NCBI GenBank assembly: GCA_012295275.1 | Contig: CM022670.1 | Span: forward strand, 24,428,001-24,492,000 | Direction: 5' to 3' | DNA from: Chrysomallon squamiferum | Lineage: Eukaryota > Animalia > Mollusca | DNA length: 64,000 nucleotides | In this document: piece by piece, positions 29,420-41,549 of the stretch | Position numbering within the stretch: position 1 is the first letter of the stretch | Layout: every line of letters starts with the position of its first letter | Position numbers and translations under genes: made by a program | The notes under the pieces: generated by a model | Database searches by the model: none | What the model was told of the DNA's origin: nothing | Seen by the model: the letters and a program-made list of their open reading frames with translations, nothing else

Positions 29420-30025
29420 ATCCTCTCTAAATTAGAATGTGTGTATGCATGTTTGTGTGTATTTGTCTGTGTGTAAGAGTGTATCTATATTTACCAATCT
29501 TTTTATATGCCTGTGTATGTGTTGTGCGTGTGAATCTGTGTGTGTCTGACTTTATTCCTACCATCGTCAAATTATGTAATGATAACCGAAAAATATATCA
29601 CAGTAATAACGCCGTTCTGAAAATAACATCAAAGAGTGAACGACCATAATGAACAGAGGAAAGATTAAAGACGTATAAAAGAAACTTATAATTCTTTAAT
29701 CTTTGCTCTGAAGTTTGTATTCAGCTGATTTAAGATACAAATTAACCTTAAAATTGAAATGTCTCTATTATTTTGTTGGTAGGGAAAAAAATGTCGAGTA
29801 CAAAACAATAATACTTTGGCAGGCAAGAGAGTCAAAAATATTTGATCTTGGAAAAAGTAATATAAGAATACTTGGCTGGAATATATTTCATATATTTTAA
29901 TTTGTTTACTGCCCGAAGTGAGATATATCAAATGTGAAGATGGTATTAACAATGTTCAGTGGTATTTGTGAAATGTATACACACGTACATAATACATGCG
30001 TAAGTTTATACATACTTACATACAT

Positions 30026-30030
<5 letters not shown>
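29420..30030 (+). repeat. Left arm of a long diverged inverted repeat
   Basis: Reverse-complement similarity to about 33670-34445, including a perfect 59-bp match (29677-29735 vs 33987-34045). Confidence 0.88.
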
Positions 30031-30062
<32 letters not shown>

Positions 30063-32242
30063 TACATACGTATTCCACCAACAATCTTGGAAGGAAACAA
30101 TATCGAGCCAAGGACGGTTTAAATGGATCACGAAGTATCAAGATTACCTCATGAAGTTCTGTGTTTTTTCCCCCACGACATCGAAAAGTGCTGCTGAGAT
30201 TGCGTTTCAACTGCTAGACATCGTTCTCCTTCTTGCTACTCATACCGTGCTGCAAAGTGACAATGGTTGAGGATTTACAACATATGTAATCACTGAACAG
30301 AAAGTAATATGGTCAGAATTAATCATGGTCCATGGGCAACAAATCTGTCCAGAGAGCAAAATGTCAACAGAAAGCGTAAACTGTGACATTAAGTACATGT
30401 TTGTTTGTTGGTTAGGAGATAACAATACCATTGAATGGACTGTTGGACTCAAATTTATTCACGTATTTTGATTATTATTTTCTTTTGTACAATGTTCATG
30501 TGGAAGCAATCTCAGGATTTGTCACAGCTAATCAGTAGCTATGACTGAAGTAATTAAGAAACCTTCTCACTCAAAATCTGAAAGTATTCTTCTTTGTTTT
30601 TATAACAAATTATTACTTTACATCAAAGACATCCAAAAAGAAATTTAAAAAAAAGAAGATCACATTTATACCAGTCAACTGAAGTGTTTGATTATTAATA
30701 TCACACAACAATAATGAGGAAAAGCCATGTCAGGATTTGTCACAGCCAATGTCTAGTCATGTTTACATCAAATACTGCTCTTTGTTTGCTATTGGATTAT
30801 TCTTCTTGGCCCAAGAAAATCATTTCAGGAAATATGTGGAGTTGCAGGGATTTTCAGGAATTACACATATTTTGTAAGTGAATCAAACATTAAACATATT
30901 TTCTGAAATTTTCAGGAATTATACATATTTCCTGTAACATATATATTATATAGACTGTGATCCACAGAGACAATTCTTACAGGAAATATTTCTTGAAATT
31001 CTCGAGTAAACTAAACTGAAACATAATTTTATTACATCAGTCAGACTTAATTAGCTTTACGTGAAGCTACTGGGATGTCGTTTATATTACTCTGAAGCAT
31101 CTCACTGTTACGACAATCAAACGTTGTTTTAATGATATATTAGTTATTTCATCACAACCCTTGTTCCTGCTTTTGGTACATTTTATGACTGTTATGTGCC
31201 AGTCTATATAATTCCTTCATCTACTGTATTCGTTTAATACACCACACAATTTTAAAAATAGAAATATCATACGTTCCAAACAAAATTATAATTATTACGC
31301 ACTTTAATGAAATTAGCTGACATGTCATTTCAGAAACGTATCAAACAATTTTTGCTTCGGAACACTGTGAGGACAATCGTTCAATAAACAAATACTGTAG
31401 CTTTGTACGTGGAAGTCACCGATGTCAGTGAGTGACAGATACAAGTTGATCAAGTATTTTTTCATCAGCATCGTCTCGTTAACAGTTTTATGCTGAAATG
31501 CAGATGCTGCAGAGAAATGTCAGTAACATGCAAAGTTTAATGACATCTTCCTTTTTATTTTATTTTTAAAAAAGAGGAAAAAAAAAAGAAAAAGAAAAAG
31601 AAAAAGAAAGAGAAAGATTTACAACGTAATTCAGTTCCGTCTTTCTAAAAGGTTTGCAAGGGTGGACGCTGGGTGGTGTGACCGGGGTGAAGTTGGATCT
31701 AGTGCTTTTCGAGTGAGAATCTTAATAATCGTGATATTTCTAGTTTAAATTAACGTGTGTGTTTTCTTAATTATTTATTAACTTATTTACTTATTTACTA
31801 CTTACAAAACGTACGTATTTCATTAAACTTCAAGGAAAACTCTGATTTTTATACACATTTTCTTACAAACGAACTTCATTATTTATTTTACCAGCCTGTT
31901 TTGTTCTTCTTTTTTTGTGTATTTGTTATCGTCTTTTTGTTTTGTTTTGTTTTTCCTTGGTTTTTGTTTTGATTTGTTTGTTTATTTGTTTGTTTTGATT
32001 TTTTGTTGTTGTTGTTGTTGTTGTTTTGTTCTTGAGTCTTTAATTTATTGAACGAAATGTTTTTTTTCTTTTTTAAATTCAACCACACTTTTTCAATTTA
32101 GTGAAAAAAAGAATTGTTAGATTCACAAGCTTATTACATCATAAAGCTGAAATATCACAATAAAAAAAACGTTTTTGGAAATGCTAAAAAAATGTTTGTG
32201 AAATTAGCAGATACTACGGTCGAGATTTTTATGAAAATACTG

Positions 32243-32247
<5 letters not shown>

Positions 32248-32330
<83 letters not shown>
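32248..32330. repeat. (CT)n microsatellite
   Basis: Directly visible. Confidence 0.97.
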
Positions 32331-32333
<3 letters not shown>

Positions 32334-33239
32334 CCCCTCCCCGTTTCGTTATTTACATTTAACAAATGTCACAGGTTTTCTGTAATGATGATTAAGCTAT
32401 TGCTAATTGATAACAAGGCAAATCTGGATAGTTCAGTTCTTAAAGAGAAGAGCACTTACGACAAGATAGATAATAATCAGCTGCCAGTTTAAATTCTCTG
32501 ACGCAGAAAAAAAAAATTCTCGCTTTATATATATTACTTTTCAGTATTCTGAAACTCTTAGAATACTTTTTCGTTTTGTTGTCAACTGTTTGTTTATCAA
32601 AATATTTATTAATTACTTTCGAAGTATCTTAATTTTACTTGTTTCAGTTTGACTGGTAAAACCCTATTTCAAAACTATATAATAAAAACGTCAATAATAG
32701 TCTTTCTTTGATACGTTGTCAATGGATATAATTCCCGGTGAATATTTCCGTTCAAATATTAGATAGTGATAGTAATCAATTGCAATTTAATCGATAAATC
32801 ACAGTGCCAAAAAAAAAGAAATGATTATTAATTTATAAAATATGATTATTTAGAGTGATATTTTGATTGTTTTTTATTCACTCAAAATAGAGTATAAAAA
32901 ACACACACACACACAAAAAACAGATTTGAAAACCGTGTGCCCTGTTGTCTCTGAATCTAATCTGCAAGAAACGTTTCCGCTTCAGCTGAAAATAGTAACA
33001 GTTCGATAAGCAAAAAAGAATCTGACACGGACAACAATTAGGTTTATATCTGAACAGACTAGTCTTTGCATGCATTTTTGTTTTCCAACTGATTCAGACG
33101 AATAAAACCATAACTAATCTGTCGTTTGTCTCTAAATACCTTTCTTCAAAACCATCTTAGTATTATCATTTAAATGTGTCTTTTCTAAAGATAGATCAGT
33201 TGTTCAGTGATTAGAGGAATGATTTGGAAGCTTAACGAG

Positions 33240-33400
33240 TCGTGGGAATAATACTTTTTTATTGTGCTCACTGATGGTTATCCCGTTCCAACCAGTACTG
33301 CGTTGTTTTAACAAAGGTTGCTCTGTAGGAAGTGTGCATAAAGATATATCTACATGCTAGTGAGTAAAACAGTCCACGTAACTGTAGCAAGGGTTTCATA
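33240..33400 (+). mobile_element. SINE-like remnant
   Basis: tcccgttccaaccagt...taacaaagg...ctgtaggaagtgtgcataaagat...gggtttc; same family as the other remnants in the window. Confidence 0.5.
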
Positions 33401-33669
33401 AAAGAAAACCTTTTACTGTCTTCTAGCAATCGTTAATATCAAAATGTGTCCAGATATCTCGGATCACACACGTATATGTGTATGTCAGAAAGAGAAAAAC
33501 AGGCAGAGAAATAAACGCAGAATAACAGAGAAACTAAGTAGGAAGAATGAGAGAGACAGAAAAGATTGTTGGTTTGTTTTGTGTATATTTCTCTGTATAT
33601 ACTTCGTATGTATGTATGTATGTATGGTTATTTCTTTTTGTTTATATTTTAGTACATATATGTATATCC

Positions 33670-34375
33670 ATGTTTATGTAAGTATGTATGTATGTATGTA
33701 TACATGGATAAACGTACGTGTGTATGTAAGTGTGTATACATTTCGCAAATATAATAATGACATACATTCGTACCACTGAATATTGTTATTACCATCTTCA
33801 CATTCGATATATTTCACTTCAGGCAGCTAAGAAATTAAAAAATATAAAATATATTCCAGCCAAGTATTTTCAAGTTTCTTTTTGCAAGATCATATATTAA
33901 ACTTTGCTCTTTGCTCGTTTTGTACTCGACATTTTTTCTCTTCCAGCAAAATAATAGAGACGTCTCAATCTTAAGGTTAATTTGTGTCTTAAATCAGCTG
34001 AATACAAACTTCAGAGCAAAGATTAAAGAATTATAAGTTTCTTTTGTACGTCTTTAATCTTTCCTGTGTTCATTATGGTCGTTCACTCTTTGATGTTATT
34101 TTCAGAGCTGGGCGTTATTACTGTGATATATTTCCTGGTTTCGGTTATCATTACACAATTTCACGACGGTAGGAATAAAGTCAGACGAAGTAGCTATGTG
34201 ATATGTTAATACAGAAAGTTGTATGTCGTCTTTTGACTTTGTAAACATTCACTTGTATCAGTCTTAACTTTTACTTTTCGCCTGTTTCATAAATCAGTAT
34301 ACAATTACACACACACACAACATACATGCGGAGGCATATGTAAAGATTGGTAAATATAGAATAACACTTACCCAG

Positions 34376-34421
<46 letters not shown>

Positions 34422-34445
34422 ACATACACCTCTAATTTAGACAGA
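33670..34445 (-). repeat. Right arm of a long diverged inverted repeat (carries a ~110 bp extra segment)
   Basis: Reverse complement of about 29420-30030. Collinear blocks (tcagacacac/tttattcctacc, cttggctggaatatat, aatgtgaagatggta, ttaccaatcttt) are all recovered. Confidence 0.88.
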
Positions 34446-34815
34446 AGAGGTGGCAGAAGAGGCTGCAATTTATTAAATGATTTCCATCGAGCAATTATAA
34501 ACTTAAATATTTTAAATTAGGTTGTAAGATCCAGAAAAAAGAAGAGAAATAAAATAACTTTGCGTAAAGAAAATAAACTATTGATCATGAAATATTTTCT
34601 TGTATCAGTTACTTAATGAGTCTCTGTGTACATTTGTTTATCTCTGGCAGATTAATAGGAAAAACAGCGAGATAGAATATGTTCTTATTATTACTGATTC
34701 TTTTCTTTTCATCAGCTATATCCATCAGCTATAAATCTTTATCTTATAGTGCTTGCTGACCGCAGATTTGTAAATTAGGATGTGCCGATGCAAATCAGAT
34801 TTAATGATATATATA

Positions 34816-34870
<55 letters not shown>

Positions 34871-36938
34871 TATTATTATTATTATTATCGTATTTCTAAA
34901 TCTCAAGCTATTTCAGATGCACACTATTCCTAATAATACATCGCTATTTGTTGTAGCTAATGATGTTGGTTTGTGATGGTACTGTAACTGTCTTTTCTGT
35001 ATATATTGTGTATGTGTAGAGTGATCTTTCGTGTACGTACATAAAATTATATCAAATCTTTTTTCTACAAAGAACATTTATGAAAAAAAAAAATGTAGTA
35101 GAGGCGAAAATAAGAATGGGAAAGCATACTGTTATTTCTTTATATCCTTATATAAAACTTCAAATTACTGTATCATGGAAGAATGCTATTAGTACAAATA
35201 AAAAAAAACTATGTATTGAATAAACATTTTAAGAAAAGAACACAAAGAAGAACATCGAACAAATGTTCGGGCAAGGGGGAAAAATGTATATACTGCTATC
35301 TTTTATGTTCATCACTTGGAAATAAACTTACTGTCTTAAAAAAATGATGATATCAAATGTCAATTTGTTGGTGTTTTATATTTTCTTCAATGTAAAATGG
35401 TCATGTCAGACAAAATCTAAGGATCATTTTGATGAAAAGCTGTTTTACAGAAACTGAATTGTTATCCTAGGAGATAACAACTACACAGTTAAAATTAGAA
35501 GGTTATTTTATAATGTATTTTTACAACTGCAACAAATATTATATTTTTTATAACATGCATTATCAAATAACTTATCGAAAAGAAATATATTTAGTCCAGC
35601 TCTTAACCATAATAATCACAAATTTCAGAAGTATCAGAAAAGAATAAACATTACTTTAAAAGATAATTGTCAATATAATTTTAAAACGAACATAAATACC
35701 TATATGTATATGTACGCACATACACACACACACATATTTATACGTCCGTCATTATAATCTTAGATACGCATACATCACAAAGGCATGTGCTTGTACATAT
35801 AAATTTATATACAGTTTAATTTATATGTGCGCACATTATTATGTAACAGTGCGTTTGTATCAATGTACTTTCGTAAAAAAGTACAATACACTGAAGTTCA
35901 GTAGTTTGACCATTTATCAGATTTTAACTTTGACAATAACACTGCATGGTCATATAAACAGGCAGACAAAGGCTTTAATTTGTTTATTATTTTCTGCAGC
36001 TGTACAGATACAATGAAGATATGCTTGATCGGCATTCTTTTTGTTTGCAACACCAACAACAAACTGCAGTACGTAATGTCATAAAGTGCTTGTTTGATAT
36101 GTTAAAAAAAAAACCAAAACAAAAAAATAACCGTTTGTTAAAATTTCCATGTTACCGACAGTGATTTTATTTCTGTTTAGTTATTTTAACAACAAAAGCG
36201 TCGACTCTGCGTAATGAAAAACCGAGTGGAATTGATTTCATACACTAGAAAGTGTGATGAACGTATAATCAAAGAGCTACGTAAGCGAAATAACAGCTTC
36301 ATATAATATACAGTTTAATTATATGTATGTATATATGTATATACGTGTATGTATGGTATGTATGTATGCATTATGCATATATGTATATGTACGTATATAT
36401 GTACGTATATATGTATGTATTTTGTATGTACATGTGTGCAATGTATGAGTGCATGTGTGAAGCATGCTTGTATGCATATATATGTATTTATGTGTATGTA
36501 CGTGTGTGTGTTCGTACTTATGAATGTAGGTATGTATGTTCGTACTATAATTCACTATCTAAAGATATTTTAAATTATATTAACGATTACCTTTTAAAGC
36601 AATGTTTATTCATTTCTGATTTTTCGGTTCAGATATAAATAATAAGTAAACGTTAAATGAAATGTATAATGTATAGGTACTTATTTAACAAGTTGTTCAG
36701 AGAAAACACAAAATGAATAAACAAGTAAACTCAGCAAAAGCACGTTGCTAAGTAAACGTCATCAATTGTTTACGTCATTCTCGATTAATCAGTATTACGC
36801 TTGTTATTTTTTTTTTTTTATTAACAACATAATCTGGTATTCATTTATTTATTAATTTGATTTTATTTATTAAACAATATCATCATGAAGGTCTTTTGTT
36901 ATCCAAAATTTATAACTTTCTAAGATTCATTTTATAAT

Positions 36939-36990
<52 letters not shown>

Positions 36991-37628
36991 AATAATAATA
37001 ATAATAATAATAACTAATAAATAAAATCAATAATAATTAATAAATAAATTAATTAATAACTATAAATAAAAGAATAATGTTTCTTTACTAGCGACACTAA
37101 CAGAAACAAAATTTAACGAAAATTTAACTTAAAATTCTATGTTTCATTGTGAGAGTGCATCTTAATAATACCATGTTCAATTTTGCTAAAAGTTTATTTT
37201 AAAATGTCTGAAATTTTAACGAATGTAAGATTCATTCAGATGAACAATTATTATTTACCTTTTTGTTTATAACAATTATTCTCTATCTCTCTTTTGTACA
37301 GGAGCGCTAACATTTCTGATACTTTTGAAATTTGTTTTTATTATGGTTAAAACCTGTTCTTTTCGATAAGCTATTTAATATTATGTATTTTAAATAAATA
37401 TGATATTTTTGAGTTGTCAAAATTCATTATAAAATAAAAATTAAATTTAAACTTTGTGGTTGTTATCTCCTAGGATAGCAATTCAGTTTATGTATAAAAG
37501 CGTTTCATAAAAATGATATATAGATTAAAATAACGAAAGACATTTGACACATTAGCTACAACAGGTAGGATGCCTTATTAGATATAGTTTGCATTTATAA
37601 ATTGAGATTTAGAAATATGATGATGATG

Positions 37629-37664
<36 letters not shown>

Positions 37665-38069
37665 TATATATATAAATATGTCTGTATATATTTAATATAT
37701 ATGTAATATATATATATACTTAAATATATACAGACATACATTTTTATATATATGTATTTTTTATTCTCTGATTTGGAACGACAGATCCTAATTTACAAAT
37801 CAGCGGTCAGCAAGCACTGTAAGACAAAGATTTACAGCTGATGGATATTTGCAGACATCAGTTTGATGAAAAGAAACTAATCAATGATAACAAGAACATA
37901 TTACACCTCACTGTTTTTACCTATTAATCTGCCAGTTAGAGATGAACAAATGTACATATAAACTCATCAAGTAACAGAGTGGGTTTTTTTTTGTCTCTTT
38001 TTCTTTCTGTCTGTCAGACGAGTAACCAAGACAACCCTGCATACAGAAGATATTTAGGATGCTTTCACT

Positions 38070-41000
38070 ATGTCGATGCTTACACGGAAAGGCACAATGG
38101 TTAGGAAAGGCAGAGGAACGATCAAGAAGTCCGGCTCGACGAAGTCAGCGCCTGGACGGACAAGAGGACAGACGGACGACTACGACACGAGTTCTGTGAG
38201 CAGCACCCCGGTTGCCTCGACGACTGGGACGCCTGTTAGAGAGACGTGTTACAAGCCGTCGCCAGCTCGAAGTGTTGCCAGCACTGCCAACACGGTTGTT
38301 GTAAGTTACATAAATATTTTACTCTTGAAAAAAAAAATTGTTTTGGGAACTGGCCGGATTCAGGGCCTCCAAGTGAAATTTTTGCAAAGCGATATAAGAC
38401 TCATTTGGGGCCCCGAGGCAAGCAAATTTATTTTTCAATTTTTGAGGATTTGCAGTCCAGTAAATCTACATGTAAAGTCGGATAAATGCTTTATTTCCAT
38501 GATCAGATATAAACAGCATAATGTAAAAAACATATTCAATCAATGCACGATTGCTGTGGGGCTCTTCTTAGCTCTTGGGCCCCGGAACAAAATACCTGCT
38601 GGACCTTCCCCCTCTTATAGGCCCTGGCCGGATTGATATGTATGGTCAGGCCGTGAGCTATGAAAAACTTTAGCTGTCTTTTTACATTAGTAACACAGAA
38701 TAATAACTGAATTGTACAGCCCTAAAGAGTAGTTTTACTTACCATTAAATCCAGCCGTATGCGGTATTTGATTGTAGTTTTAAAACATTATTTCTGCTGA
38801 TAATGATACTAAACTGCGAAGATGAAACGTGTACATCATACCACAGACAAAGTGCAAAATGTTGTATGGTTTATTACATAATCACTTGTATAAAGTCTGC
38901 GACACAATTCAATTCATTATTATCATTTCTTTTAAATTTCTAACAACTCTTCTTAGTAATTCCACTTTCCTCTCGGCTTCTCTCCCCTCGATAATTTTAA
39001 CAAGCTGTAGAGGTTTTCACATTTTAAGACTTTCCGCTTCTTCTTTTCTGATTGTTTTTTTTTTTTCTTTTCTTTCTCAACGTTTCGCCCACCGCCTGTC
39101 CATCCATTCGTCCGTACATGCATCTGAAGAACCTAATTCGTCTGTGTAAAAGCATGCACACATTTTACACGTGTTGCACAAACGGTCAATAACGTAGCTG
39201 ACGTCTACGGTCGTTTTGGAAAGTTAATCCGACACGAAAATGAAGGAATTTACTGTTAAAACATGGTCAGTATACCGTTCAGAGATTTTGTGCATAGATT
39301 TTCGATTTCCAGCGCCATCTGTCGCACCGCTCGCTCAGCTGTTGGCGCGCGTTGCGGAATGTTTACGTCTGTCATGTCGTCTGGCGCTGAGCAACCACGG
39401 AATGTCAGGGTAGGTTTCCTAACTTTTACAAACACTTTAAAATAGTTATAAAAATAATTATGTGGTTTTTTTGCAGTCTTTGTGCATTAACTTCGATGTC
39501 TAGCACCGATACAGGTGTAACTAATTATAGTAAATTTCATATAAGTATTTTTTTTTTTTTTTTTATAATGATTATAAACTAATAATTAGGTCTGTGAGCA
39601 ATTTGCTTTAATTTCTTTTTTTCACCATTATTTTCGTTTTTACCCCAAAAAAAATTTTTTTTGCGATAACGATGATAGCAGTAGCAGTATTGGTTGTAAT
39701 GGTAATAGCATCAGTACCAATAGCTGTAATAGTGATACTAACAGTAGCATTAGTAGTATTAGTAGTAAACAACGTAGAGTGCTTGTAAGTAGTGTACTGT
39801 AATTCATGCTGTAAGGAAATTGTTAGGTAAAGAATGATTTAAACTAACGTAATTGTGATGATGATCTACTATCGTAGCCAACTAGGTCTACATGAATTGA
39901 AACAGAACTATTACATTTAAATAAGTGCACAAAACACATCTGTTATGTAGATTTGTAATATTAAACCTATTTCTGAAACTGAATCAGGTAGAGATAAAAA
40001 TGTCATAAGAATAAAATTTGTGATTTACATAAATTCGAAAAATGGAATTATGTTATGATATTAAAGTAAAAACAAAACAAATATGTAATAAAATAAAAAC
40101 AACACAATATAAAATAAAATAAAATAAAAAAATCGATGCAAAGATAAAAATAGAAGAAAATGTCAACGTGGTCTTCTGTTTTTTCAGTAACTAAATTATC
40201 GATTATTTGAACTATGATAATAACATGTTAAATTATATTTAATTTTAATAATATTTGCATACGAGCGAAAATAATTACCTATCCTTTCATTATAGTTATT
40301 TCATGGATTTCGTTTTCTCTTTCAATTCTAAATTATTATTCTTTTTAAAATTTATTTTAATTTTTTCTTAAATATTATAATGAATGTGGCCATATTGCGT
40401 TAACTTAAACTTTAATTATAAACAAAAATTCACATTTGTTATTATCCTTATTCTTCTTATTATTACTGTTGTTGTTGTTGTCCTCTTCATCGTCCATTCC
40501 TTGACGTGGTGAAGGGGCTTGTATGTCACAATGACCAAAAGAGATGTACCATGCTGGACTAGTCAGTGGATAGAGTCTAGACAGATATGAATTAAAGGTG
40601 AGGTAACTCAAACAGAAACCTCAAGTTCTGAAGTCAGAAGTATTGGGCAGCACTGCGCTCTCTAAAAGACTACAATACTGTGCATCATCATCTATTATGA
40701 CTATCTTTCTGGACAGTAATGACGTGATCCGTGCTCACTCTGAGACGACTCACCAGGCAGGTGCAGCACCGGGATCCTTACCTCGACGGAGCCCTTCTTC
40801 AGGTACTGGAAGTCCTTCACGTCCATCTCGGGAAGCCAGAGGATAAGGAAGTAAATAAAAAACTCCCCACCCATGTCAACATCCTGATGTTGTTTCAAAC
40901 AAGAAGAGACAGCTTCAGCACTTTAAGTATCAAGACCAGATCAATATATGTTGCATCCAAGCAACACAACTGAAACAATTGACGAGGTTCAAGGTCAGAG

Positions 41001-41471
41001 AGTACCAGACTTTCAGAAGCGACAGCAATGGAAGAACCAAGGTATGGAGTAACATCAGTGTCATTGAAACTAATAGATTTATGGAGATAGCTGAACTCAC
41101 TGTACATTTTTACTCCCAAATGACAAAGAAGCAAAGATGAAGCAGGCTGTAACCCGAGCCAAAACAACAGCCTAAAACTCCAGCATTGTAAAACCATATA
41201 TCTAAGAATCAAGATTGAATCCAAACAAAAAGTTGGAGAGATAAAACTGCTGCATTCAAATAACAACTGAGATGAAAGAAGCACGAAGGGAACTACAGAC
41301 ATACCTGGTGTCATTTTTGACAGGAGAAAGACTTGGAAATCGCAAGTGGAGAAATCCCATATTAAATCTTTCTATAAACCTCGCACCTGATATCCCGTCA
41401 TCATTTTCCAATTAAGGAATGGATACAACAGGCGCAGTAGCACAGGCTTAAAGGGTTCTGTTGTTTCTGCT

Positions 41472-41549
<78 letters not shown>

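Noticed and set aside
30500-30990. Short repeated units (caggatttgtcacagc.aat twice; ttttcaggaatta.acatattt twice) suggesting an array
   Set aside because: Only two to three irregularly spaced copies; ordinary local duplications, not CRISPR-like.
40643-41314. Overlapping 65-139 aa ORFs
   Set aside because: They fall within a decayed LINE remnant and are not host genes.
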